A stretch of DNA of 64,000 nucleotides from positions 736,001 through 800,000 of the forward strand of contig CAVYTA010000006.1 of the NCBI GenBank assembly GCA_963771355.1. Direction: 5' to 3'. Position numbers and translations under genes: made by a program. Numbering within the stretch: position 1 is the first letter of the stretch; each line of letters begins with the position of its first letter. Shown one piece after another: positions 29,137 through 37,639 of the stretch. This DNA is from an uncultured Candidatus Rokubacteria bacterium. Its GTDB lineage: Bacteria > Methylomirabilota > Methylomirabilia > Rokubacteriales > CSP1-6. The notes beneath the pieces were generated by a model that worked only from the letters and a program-made list of their open reading frames with translations, did not search any database and was not told the DNA's origin.

Positions 29137-31362
29137 TCAAGCCTTGGTATCGGCCTTGGCATAGGCGCGATAGTAGCTGTAGTACTGGTTGACCTTCCGG
29201 ACGGGGACCTGGTTGAGGACGACGCCCAGGATGGGCGTGCCCGACTTCTCGATGATGCTCTTCGCGCGCAGGAAGTCCCGCGGGCGAGTGATGCCGGACT
29301 GACACACGAGGATCACGCCGTCGGTGGCGGCGGCCATGTACAGGTTGTCGGGAATGAGCAGGATCGGCGAGGAGTCGAGAAGCACGTACTCGGCCTCCAC
29401 CGACATGCTGTCCAGGACCTCGGGGAGCCGTGAGGATCCCAGTCCGGTGCGGGTGAGCGCGGTCGAGGACGCCCCGCGCGGCGTCAACCAGACGCCCTCC
29501 GCCACCGGGCTCATCGCCTCCCGGAGCTCGCCGGTGCCGGCGAGCAGGTCGGAGAAGCCCTTGGCGTTCGGGGTCTTGAGGGTCCGGTGCAGGGTCGGAC
29601 GGTGGAAGTCCGCATCCGCGATGATGACGTGCTTGCCGACCTCGCCGAAGACGAGCCCGAGGTTCACCACCACGGTGGACTTGCCCTCGCCGGGCAGCGC
29701 GCTGGCAATCATGATGCGCCGCATGGGGATGTCTCGGCCCAGCAGCTGGATCTCGACGCGAAGCCGCCGGAACGCCTCCACGAAGAGGAAGTACTCCTCC
29801 TGGCTCACGTCGTCGGGCTGGCCCCCGCCGATCATGAACATCGACCGGCGCGAACGGACCCGCGGAATGCTCGTGAGCACGGGCAGCCCGGTGAGGCTGC
29901 GGACGTCGTCGTCGGTCTCGATGGGGCGGTTGAAGTACTCGATGGTGGCCGGAACCCCGAGGCCGATGACGAGCGCCAGGGCCAGCGCCACTCCGAAGAA
30001 GCGCACCCGCTTCTGGTTGGTGGCGGGCAGGGGGACGCTGGGGGCATCGATGACCTTCACGACCTTCATCTCGCCCTGCTCGCGAATGCGCGCGGAGGAA
30101 AGCTTCTCGGACAGCATGGCGTGCAGGCGGCGATTCGACTCCACCTCGGTGGCAAGCTTGGTGTATTCGAGCTCGTCACGCGACAGCCCGGTGAGGTTCT
30201 TCCTCTGGTTGTTGATCTGCTCGCGGAGAGCTTCCTCCTGAGCGTTCAGCGACAGGGTGGAGGTCTCCAGCGCGGCCATGGTCTCCGCAAAGGCCGAGCG
30301 ATCGGACACCGGTACGTTGCTGCCGGCGGTGGGGACGGGCGTCGTCTCCTTGACCGCGTCCCCGAGCTCCTTCTGCACGTCGCCGATCTGGCGCTTGGCG
30401 GACATGACCCGCGGGTGCTCGTCCGTGTACTGGACCTGGTACTCGATGAGCTGGGTCTCGAGGGTCTGCAGCTTGGCCCGGAGCCGCTGGATACGCGGCG
30501 CGGTGGGCGGGGGCGCCGTCGTCGGCCGGGCCATCGCCACCGAGGCCGGCGGCATCGACTCGATCTTCGCCTTGAGGGCATTCAGGCGTTGCTGCGCCAT
30601 GTTCTTGTTGGCAACCACCTCGGCGTAGGTGTTCTCCATCTGGGTGAGCCGGTTGACCGCCTCACTGTGACGGGCGGGGACCCGCACGCCGCCGCGGGCA
30701 TTGGTGAACTGCCGCATCGACTCCTCGGCCGTGTTGAGCTGCTTCCCGATCTGAGTCTGCTGCTGCTCGAGGAACTCGCGGCTGGTCTTGCTGTCCTCCA
30801 CGTTGAAGGATCGCGTGCGCGAGACGAGCACCTCCACGAAGGTGTTCGCGATGTCCATGGCCACCCGGGGCTGGGAAGCCTCCGCGGAGACCTCGACGAT
30901 GCCCGAGTTACCCACCGGCTTGAACTGGAGGCGGGACGACCGGAGCTCGCCGAGGGCCCGGCGCTGCGGGCTCTCCACCACGATCTCCTCGCCGCGCAGC
31001 CGGCGCGTCCAGTTCTGGATCATGCTCATGTAGTCGACGGTGTAGGGGTTCTGGACGAGATCCTCCACCGAGTTCCGCGGCAGGGACTCGATCACCGCTT
31101 CCGAGAGGCCCCGGCTCTTCAGGATGGCGAGCTGGACGTCGAGAGGGCGGAAGGGCGCGAACTCCCGGAAGAGCGCGATGCCCTCCGGCCGGGTCTCCAT
31201 GAGGATCGTCGCGCTCGTGCGGAAGCGCGGCGGCTCGTGCGACATGCGGTACGCGACGGGCACGAACAGGCCGAGCGCGGCGCAGAACGCGATCAGCACC
31301 CACTTCTTGCGCCGGGCCAAGACAGAAAGGGCGACCTGTTTCAAGACTTTCAAGATGTCCAT
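29137..31362 (-). CDS. wzc: Wzc-like polysaccharide co-polymerase/tyrosine autokinase
   Basis: Two TM helices flanking a coiled-coil periplasmic domain; Walker A GEGKST, ADADF, LLDSSP; Tyr cluster YYSYYRAY. Confidence 0.9.
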   Translation of the reverse strand: MDILKVLKQVALSVLARRKKWVLIAFCAALGLFVPVAYRMSHEPPRFRTSATILMETRPEGIALFREFAPFRPLDVQLAILKSRGLSEAVIESLPRNSVEDLVQNPYTVDYMSMIQNWTRRLRGEEIVVESPQRRALGELRSSRLQFKPVGNSGIVEVSAEASQPRVAMDIANTFVEVLVSRTRSFNVEDSKTSREFLEQQQTQIGKQLNTAEESMRQFTNARGGVRVPARHSEAVNRLTQMENTYAEVVANKNMAQQRLNALKAKIESMPPASVAMARPTTAPPPTAPRIQRLRAKLQTLETQLIEYQVQYTDEHPRVMSAKRQIGDVQKELGDAVKETTPVPTAGSNVPVSDRSAFAETMAALETSTLSLNAQEEALREQINNQRKNLTGLSRDELEYTKLATEVESNRRLHAMLSEKLSSARIREQGEMKVVKVIDAPSVPLPATNQKRVRFFGVALALALVIGLGVPATIEYFNRPIETDDDVRSLTGLPVLTSIPRVRSRRSMFMIGGGQPDDVSQEEYFLFVEAFRRLRVEIQLLGRDIPMRRIMIASALPGEGKSTVVVNLGLVFGEVGKHVIIADADFHRPTLHRTLKTPNAKGFSDLLAGTGELREAMSPVAEGVWLTPRGASSTALTRTGLGSSRLPEVLDSMSVEAEYVLLDSSPILLIPDNLYMAAATDGVILVCQSGITRPRDFLRAKSIIEKSGTPILGVVLNQVPVRKVNQYYSYYRAYAKADTKA

Positions 31363-31404
31363 CGGCGTCAGGCTCCTCGTGCGGCGACCCGATCAGGTCG
31401 CAGC

Positions 31405-32775
31405 TCAGCGTCCACGGGCGAACAGAACCACCTGGATGGTGGCAATGAGGATCACGAGATCCAGAAAGAGCGAGAGGTTCTTGATGTAGTAGAGATCGTA
31501 CTGGAGCTTCTCGATGGCGTCTTCGACGGTGGCGCCGTAGCGATACCGCACCTGCGCCCAGCCGGTGATCCCCGGCTTGACCGACAGGCGCTCCATGTAG
31601 AAGGGAATCTGCTTCTGCAGGGTATAGACGAACTCGGGGCGTTCCGGCCGGGGGCCGATGAAGCTCATGTCGCCGAGGAGAACATTGAAAAGCTGCGGCA
31701 GCTCGTCCAGCCGGGTCTTCCGGAGGAAGCTGCCCACGCGGGTGACGCGCGGATCGTGGTCCTGGGCCCATACGGGACCGGTGTCCTTCTCCGCATCCTC
31801 CCGCATAGAGCGGAACTTGTTCAGGATGAAGATGCGTCCGTTCTGCCCAAGACGTGCCTGACGGAAAAGCACCGGGCCCCGCGACTCCAGCTTGATGGTG
31901 AGGGCGACCATCGCCATGACGGGGAGCGCGAAGAGGAGGCCGACCAGCGACAGGCTCAGGTCGAGCAGGCGCTTGATGATCTCCGTGCGATAGGTCTTGA
32001 CGAAGCCGTCCGAGAAGATGAGCCAGCTCGGGCGGAGGTCGGTGACCAGGATCTTGCCCGTCTCTTTCTCGTAGAAGGTGGGCCAGTCCTCGACCTGGAT
32101 GCCGCGCATGCGGCAATCGATGAGGGCCTTCGCCGGGAAGTTGCCCCGACGGTTCATCTGGGCGACGACGATGAGGTCGGGCTTGGTGTCCTCGACGAGG
32201 GCGGCCAGATCCTGGGTCTTGCCGAGCAGTACGTGACCGGGGGGCACCGTCTCCGGGGCGTTGGGGTTGTCATCCAGGAAGCCAAGGATCGTGAAGGGAC
32301 GCGCTCCGGTCTCCTCGAGGCCCGCGATCACCTTGCCGATGGCGCCGGTGCCCAGGACCAGCGCCCGGATCCTCATGCGCCGGTGTGACCACCGCCCCAG
32401 CCAGGCGGCCCGCCAGGCGATGAGGCCCAGGGTGGCGCCCGCCCCGATCTGGAGAAAGGCGGCGCGGCCGAGTCGGAGGCTGGGAACCGCGAATCCCACT
32501 GCCGCCACCAGCAGGCCCGCCACCGCCTGACAGGTGAGAAGCCGGGCGAGCAACTCCCGGCGGCCCAGGGGGAGACGCACATCGTAGAGACCCCCGAGAT
32601 TCAGGACGAAGGACACCACGCCGACCACCAGGACGAGCCGGGGAAGGACATCACCCTCGGCGATCCAGATGCCCATCAGCTTTGGAGTCTGGAAAGCCAG
32701 GAGGAGCACCGCCAGATCGCCCGCGAAGAGTATCAGGGGGATCATTGGAATGTAGTGCCGGAAGACCCTTAGCAT
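31405..32775 (-). CDS. Priming polyprenyl glycosylphosphotransferase (PEP-CTERM system-associated sugar transferase type)
   Basis: ATG at 32775; KRLLD, KFRSM, DELPQLFNVL.GDMSFIGPRPERP, KPGITGWAQV, YDLYYI. Confidence 0.92.
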   Translation of the reverse strand: MLRVFRHYIPMIPLILFAGDLAVLLLAFQTPKLMGIWIAEGDVLPRLVLVVGVVSFVLNLGGLYDVRLPLGRRELLARLLTCQAVAGLLVAAVGFAVPSLRLGRAAFLQIGAGATLGLIAWRAAWLGRWSHRRMRIRALVLGTGAIGKVIAGLEETGARPFTILGFLDDNPNAPETVPPGHVLLGKTQDLAALVEDTKPDLIVVAQMNRRGNFPAKALIDCRMRGIQVEDWPTFYEKETGKILVTDLRPSWLIFSDGFVKTYRTEIIKRLLDLSLSLVGLLFALPVMAMVALTIKLESRGPVLFRQARLGQNGRIFILNKFRSMREDAEKDTGPVWAQDHDPRVTRVGSFLRKTRLDELPQLFNVLLGDMSFIGPRPERPEFVYTLQKQIPFYMERLSVKPGITGWAQVRYRYGATVEDAIEKLQYDLYYIKNLSLFLDLVILIATIQVVLFARGR

Positions 32776-32798
32776 GCTCTCACCGGGATGCAGTAAGG

Positions 32799-32815
32799 AG
32801 CAAGCGTAGTGCCAA
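32799..32815 (-). promoter_or_regulatory. Putative sigma-54 (-24/-12) promoter
   Basis: Minus strand TTGGCACTACGCTTGCT matches consensus TGGCAC-N5-TTGCW, 23 nt upstream of the priming transferase ATG. Confidence 0.8.
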
Positions 32816-32967
32816 GGGCCCGAGATTACGGTTGGAGCTAAAGCGTTGAAATTACAGATCTCACCATACCCGGAATCAGTCGATGAGATTACCTCGATAG
32901 GGAAGTAGACTTCCACTTCCTGCTAAAAGTGCATAGGGTGGTCAAAACCAAGCCCGAACTTCAATTA

Positions 32968-32980
32968 TATCAAAGGGTTA
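32968..32980 (+). promoter_or_regulatory. Putative IHF binding site
   Basis: TATCAAAGGGTTA is an exact match to WATCAANNNNTTR, preceded by an AT-rich tract, upstream of a sigma-54 promoter. Confidence 0.45.
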
Positions 32981-33063
32981 TCGGATGTGACGGAAAGCGC
33001 ACAAGTTGCACGGGGCAGGTAATTCAGGGCATGTATTTCGTAGGTTAGCTCGGAACTAAAAGG

Positions 33064-34587
33064 CTAAAAATGGGCGGTCAGCGTGACAGTCGCCCGATTC
33101 TCGGTCGAGCTCTGATTGTTCCTCTCGGGGTTTTCCCCCGCCCTGCCGGTGGTATTCACGCTGGCGTTGCTGTCCACGTCACGCTTTGTGTAGGTATAGG
33201 CGCCGGTGAGGGACAGCCAAGTGAGGATCCGCCAGCTGATGCTCGCCCCCGCGCGATAGGTCTTCTGGGGGGCGATGCCGGAATCGCCGCCCTCGACCGC
33301 CTCGCTTTCCGAGTACTGACCCCGCGCGGTGGCCGTGACGAAGGGGGTAATGGCATAGCTGAAGGCCACGAAGGCGGTCCGGGAGAAGACGAGCCCGAAG
33401 TCCTCGCCCTCGTCGGCCGTCTGCCGGAAGTCCTGGGAGTAGCCCGCCGAGATGGTGGCGCGGGCGAAGCGATAGCTCGCGACAATGTTCGCGGAAAACC
33501 TGTGGTTCAGATCCTCCGCCCCGTCTGAGTCGAAGACGCTGTAGCCCACGCTGCCCGACACGGAGAAGCCGCCGGGGACCCCGTGGGCGGCGAAGAGGGA
33601 AATGTTCCCGATGCGCGAGTCCGTTTCGGAGTCGATCCACGTGAAGGACGACGACACGCCGACGGAGGTGAAGGTGCCGAGCGAGCGCGACACCGAACCG
33701 AACACGCGGTGCGCGAACGTCTGCCCGCTGAAGTCGCCGGTGTCGTCGCCGGTGGTGTCGCGGGTGGTGAATTCGTAGCCCCCGCTCACCGCGTAGAGGG
33801 CGCCCACCGGCATGCTGGCAGTGGCGCCGAAGATGTGACTCATGGTCTGCTCGTCGCCGAAGAACAACGAGTTGCGGTAGTACACCTGGGTCTGGACGAT
33901 GTCGATGAGCCAGGAGAACGAGATGCTGAACGTGTTCTTGCTGAAGGTGTCGCGCTCTCCACGTAAACCGGTCGAATCGCTCAGCCACGGATCGTCCTCC
34001 CGCACGAAGGTGTCGGACACCACCAGCCTCATGCGAGGGTTGAACGTGTGCTGGAGCGTGCCCGTGAACGAGGGAAAGAACGAGTAGCTATCGTCGTCGG
34101 GGGCCGCGCTGTCGTGAGCTCCGCTGAGACGGGTGGTCAGCGATCCTTGGGTGTTGGGGTAGTTCAGGGTCGCGGTGCCGCTAGCGCTCAGCGAGGTGCG
34201 GAAGTTCTCGACCCGCCCGCGCTCGGTGAGGTGGAAGTTGTCGCTGTACTCCTCGCTCAGCGACACCGTGGAGCTGAAGGAGAGCCGGGGCGCATCCAGG
34301 GGAATGAGCGACATGTCGAATGCGCCCGGGATCCGCGTCTGGGATGGGGGCGGTGGGCTCGGCGGAACGTACGGCCGGCCATCCGGTCCCAGCGCCGGGG
34401 TTGTCGGCGTGCTCGCCGGTCCGCTCGGCTGTCCCCCCGGCTGTCCGGGAGTGGCGGGGGTTCCTGATTGCCCGGACGCGGGTGGGCTCGACGGAGTCTG
34501 TCCGGCGGCCGGTGCGGCGCTGAAGACGGGAAGGGCGAGGAGGACGGCAACGAAGAGACAGACCACGCTCAGGGGGAGTCGCGTCAT
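33064..34587 (-). CDS. Outer-membrane beta-barrel protein associated with polysaccharide export
   Basis: Signal peptide from ATG 34587, Pro/Gly/Ser-rich linker, EEYSDN, amphipathic strands, C-terminal VTLTAHF. Confidence 0.78.
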   Translation of the reverse strand: MTRLPLSVVCLFVAVLLALPVFSAAPAAGQTPSSPPASGQSGTPATPGQPGGQPSGPASTPTTPALGPDGRPYVPPSPPPPSQTRIPGAFDMSLIPLDAPRLSFSSTVSLSEEYSDNFHLTERGRVENFRTSLSASGTATLNYPNTQGSLTTRLSGAHDSAAPDDDSYSFFPSFTGTLQHTFNPRMRLVVSDTFVREDDPWLSDSTGLRGERDTFSKNTFSISFSWLIDIVQTQVYYRNSLFFGDEQTMSHIFGATASMPVGALYAVSGGYEFTTRDTTGDDTGDFSGQTFAHRVFGSVSRSLGTFTSVGVSSSFTWIDSETDSRIGNISLFAAHGVPGGFSVSGSVGYSVFDSDGAEDLNHRFSANIVASYRFARATISAGYSQDFRQTADEGEDFGLVFSRTAFVAFSYAITPFVTATARGQYSESEAVEGGDSGIAPQKTYRAGASISWRILTWLSLTGAYTYTKRDVDSNASVNTTGRAGENPERNNQSSTENRATVTLTAHF

Positions 34588-34618
34588 CCGCGACTCCCCC
34601 CGCGCCTTCGATCCGAAG

Positions 34619-35443
34619 CTAGAAGAGTCTCTGTGGGACAAAGACGATGTCGTCGGGCCTCAATTTTATGTCGGGATTATCTTCTGGGGCCCGGAGGATC
34701 TTATCAAGGTCGAGCTTCATACGCACCTTTTTTTGACCTTCCGATCGGAGCAATTCGACTCGCCCCGGGGCCGCCATGGGGGTGGTCCCCCCCACCAGGG
34801 CCATGGCCTTGGACAGGGTCAGGTCGGTCGTGTACTTGAGGGCCCCCGGAGCGCGGACCTCGCCCTGGACATAGACGAGCTCGGCCGCGGGGATGACGAT
34901 CGAATCGAAGGGCTCCAGCTTGAGGTTCTGGCTGACGTCACCTTTCTGAAGCTTCTGGAAGTCGATGGGGATCTTCTTGCCGCCGCGGAGCAGGAAGCCC
35001 TTCTCCGCGTCCGCGTTGGGAGCCATTCCGCCGTTGATCGCGGTGGCTTCGAGCAGGGTCATGTCGTTGCGGGTGAGCTGGAACGGCCCGGGCTTCGCGA
35101 AACCGCCCACGAAGTACACCGGTCGGCTTTTGATTTCCCGGATGATCACGGTCACCGAGGGCACCTTGACGGTCTTGCTGTAGTGCTTGACGAGCTCGTC
35201 CTGGAACTGCTGGACGGTACGGCCCCCGGCCTGGATCTCACCGATGAGCGGGAGCGAGGTCTTGCCGTCGGGACGGACGAAGACTGTCTGGTTGAGGTCC
35301 TTGTTGTCCCAGACCTGAACCTCGACGACATCTTCGGGGCCGATCACGTAGTCCCCGTCGACGGCGACCGCCGGGGCGACGGGGACGATCAGGAGGGCGA
35401 GTATCAACAACCCGAGTACTGTTCTGTGGGTACCGCTCGTCAT
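34619..35443 (-). CDS. wza: OPX/Wza-family polysaccharide export protein (Poly_export + two SLBB domains)
   Basis: YVIGPEDVV.V.VW, VRPDGKTSLPLIG, GEVRAPG, DIVFVP. Confidence 0.88.
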   Translation of the reverse strand: MTSGTHRTVLGLLILALLIVPVAPAVAVDGDYVIGPEDVVEVQVWDNKDLNQTVFVRPDGKTSLPLIGEIQAGGRTVQQFQDELVKHYSKTVKVPSVTVIIREIKSRPVYFVGGFAKPGPFQLTRNDMTLLEATAINGGMAPNADAEKGFLLRGGKKIPIDFQKLQKGDVSQNLKLEPFDSIVIPAAELVYVQGEVRAPGALKYTTDLTLSKAMALVGGTTPMAAPGRVELLRSEGQKKVRMKLDLDKILRAPEDNPDIKLRPDDIVFVPQRLF

Positions 35444-35446
35444 GGC

Positions 35447-36841
35447 TCAGACTCCTAGGAGGTGCTCGGGCTCGCTGGCCCGATTGGGTTGGGCGGGCGC
35501 TTCGATCTCGGCCTCCGCGTAAGCCTTCAACTTGTACTGGAGGCACCGTAGGCTGATGCCGAGAACCCGGGCCGCCCGGGTCCGATTCCCGCCGGTCTCC
35601 TGCAGCGTGCGGAGAATATATTGCTGCTCCACGTCCCGGAGCGTCAAGCCCGAGCGGATGCGAAGAGACGAATCCACCTGGCGCGGGGTGGTGGTGTCGC
35701 CCAGCCAGAGGGCCCCCACGTCCACCACGTCGCTCTCGCAGAGGACCACTGCCTGCTCGATGCAGTTCTCGAGCTGGCGGATGTTTCCCGGCCATTGGTA
35801 GCTGGTGAGCAGCTCCATCGCCTGGGGGGTCACCGAGCGGATGCGCTTGCGGTGGGACGTCCCGAACTTCTTGAGGAAGTGGTCGACCAGCACGGGGACG
35901 TCGCCCTTACGATCGCGGAGGGGAGGAGTTTGCAGCATGACCACGGCTATCCGGTAGTAGAGGTCCTCCCGGAAATTGCCGTCCGCGACCGCGCGCCGGA
36001 GGTCCTTGTTGCTCGCCGTGATGAGCCGGATGTCGGTGCGGAGTGGCTTGCTGCCTCCCACCTTGACGAACTCGCGCGTCTGGACCACGCGGAGGAGCTT
36101 GGCCTGGAGGGCGAGCGACAGCTCGCTGATCTCGTCGATGAAGAGGGTGCCGGTATGGGCGAGGGAGAAGACGCCATCGCGGTTCTCCACCGCGCCGGTG
36201 AAGGAGCCGCGGACATGCCCGAAGAGGTGGCTCTCCATCAGCCCCTCCGGAATGGCCGTGCAATCCAGGGTGATCAGGGGCCGGTCCCGGCGGTCGCTAT
36301 TGTAGTGGATGGCGCGGGCGATGAGCTCCTTGCCGGTCCCGCTCTCTCCCACGATGCAGACGTTGGCGCTGCCGGCCGCCACCTTCTCGATCTTCGCGAA
36401 GACGTCACGGATCTGGGACGACTGCCCGATGATGTCCGACACCACCGCGCTCCCCGGGGTGCTCCCGATAACGGGCCCGCCGGGGGCGGCCCGGCCGATC
36501 ACACGCTCCAGCAGGGACTCCAGCTCCCCGGTGCTGCGGGGACGCTCGAGGCATTCCACTCCGGGCAGGGCCGCGAGGTGCTCGATGCCCTGGGCGGTGG
36601 CGTCGAAAAACACGAGCGTGGGGCCCCCCGCCGGCGACACCTTCAGGTGCCGCGCCACTTCCCAGGCAGTGATCGCGGACGAGAGATTGACCACGCGGAG
36701 GCTCATCGGGCCCTGGCTGGCCTCGGCCATCTCGAGCTCTTGCGCCGAGCAGACGAAGACACCGTCGACTCCGCGCGCGGCGAGGAATCGGTGGATGCTG
36801 GGTGAGATATCAAGTGATTCGTCGAGTACGAGAGTTTTCAT
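35447..36841 (-). CDS. Sigma-54-dependent activator (bEBP) with degenerate receiver domain
   Basis: GESGTGKE, GSFTGA, LFIDEI, FREDLYYR, WPGNIRQL, Fis-type HTH GNRTRAARVLGIS; start at MKTLVLDE. Confidence 0.9.
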   Translation of the reverse strand: MKTLVLDESLDISPSIHRFLAARGVDGVFVCSAQELEMAEASQGPMSLRVVNLSSAITAWEVARHLKVSPAGGPTLVFFDATAQGIEHLAALPGVECLERPRSTGELESLLERVIGRAAPGGPVIGSTPGSAVVSDIIGQSSQIRDVFAKIEKVAAGSANVCIVGESGTGKELIARAIHYNSDRRDRPLITLDCTAIPEGLMESHLFGHVRGSFTGAVENRDGVFSLAHTGTLFIDEISELSLALQAKLLRVVQTREFVKVGGSKPLRTDIRLITASNKDLRRAVADGNFREDLYYRIAVVMLQTPPLRDRKGDVPVLVDHFLKKFGTSHRKRIRSVTPQAMELLTSYQWPGNIRQLENCIEQAVVLCESDVVDVGALWLGDTTTPRQVDSSLRIRSGLTLRDVEQQYILRTLQETGGNRTRAARVLGISLRCLQYKLKAYAEAEIEAPAQPNRASEPEHLLGV

Positions 36842-36848
36842 CGGGTCC

Positions 36849-37340
36849 TCATCCTCTGCTTTCGGCCGCCGCGTGGACCACGCGGTTTCCACCCTGGCGC
36901 GCCGCTTCGTTCACGTGCGCCTGGGCCCGAGAGAGCAGGATCGTGTCATTGTATCCGTCGCGGGGAAACGAGACGCCTCCGACGCTCAGCGTGATCTGAC
37001 GCGGACTGCCGGAGTCTCCGAGGAAGGCCACTTGCTCGATGTGGGCGCGGAGCCGCTCGGCCACTTTGACCGCGTCGGTCCCTTCCGTGTGCAGCAGCAG
37101 TATCGCGATACCGTCCTGGACCCGACCCACCACGTCGGTCGAGCGGAGGAAATGAATGATCTTTCTGGAGATCGCCTGCTGGACGTCCTCGCCGCCGCTT
37201 TCCTCTCCCGGGTCGGGCTTCACCAGGCAGACGGAAAAGAAGTCCTGGTACCGGGTCGCCCGCAGCGCCTCCCGTGACAGGAGGTGCCGGAAGGCGTCCT
37301 CGACGAAGACCCCGGAAGCTGGCTCCAAGAAATCGGCCAC
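36849..37340 (-). CDS. Stand-alone degenerate GGDEF-domain protein with RxxD I-site
   Basis: AGGAG 9 nt before GTG at 37340; RE..RA.RY...FS, LRSTDVVGR, AERLR..I, TLSVGG..FP.DG, GGNRV; GGDEF position reads VQDGI. Confidence 0.78.
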   Translation of the reverse strand: MADFLEPASGVFVEDAFRHLLSREALRATRYQDFFSVCLVKPDPGEESGGEDVQQAISRKIIHFLRSTDVVGRVQDGIAILLLHTEGTDAVKVAERLRAHIEQVAFLGDSGSPRQITLSVGGVSFPRDGYNDTILLSRAQAHVNEAARQGGNRVVHAAAESRG

Positions 37341-37442
37341 GATCGACGCTCCTTTGCTCCTCGAGCTTGCCAGCTGAAAGATTACGTTGTCTTCCGCGCC
37401 ATGAAAAATTTCTGCCACCTGCTATCGGCGGCTTCATAGGGG

Positions 37443-37459
37443 AGCAAGCGGTATGCCAA
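37443..37459 (-). promoter_or_regulatory. Putative sigma-54 (-24/-12) promoter
   Basis: Minus strand TTGGCATACCGCTTGCT, nearly identical to the motif at 32799-32815; upstream of the GGDEF-bEBP-wza unit. Confidence 0.78.
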
Positions 37460-37639
37460 AATTGCCACCCCGCAAAAGTAGCGCTCCTTCGGGAAGCAGA
37501 ATTCGTGGTGTCGCCGGTATTTGTGGAGCTTTCCCAGGATCCGCGAGTCCCTGGATCCTCCCTCGAATCCCTTCGTGCACCCTACTTCTGAAAGACCTAC
37601 CCAAGGACGTCGGAGTCGACGTGGAGGAGAAGTGAGAAG

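Noticed and set aside
29587..32388. Long plus-strand ORF (933 aa) and similar long antisense or off-frame ORFs (e.g. 15272..17197, 50217..52322, 60193..62151)
   Set aside because: Shadow ORFs opposite well-supported genes; expected in high-GC DNA, with no recognisable motifs
36849..37340. Active diguanylate cyclase
   Set aside because: The GG(D/E)EF motif and first metal-binding Asp are missing
37453..37635. 60-aa ORF or structured RNA in the gap upstream of the GGDEF gene
   Set aside because: No RBS or motif, it overlaps the sigma-54 site, and the inverted repeat around 37535-37556 is too weak to call
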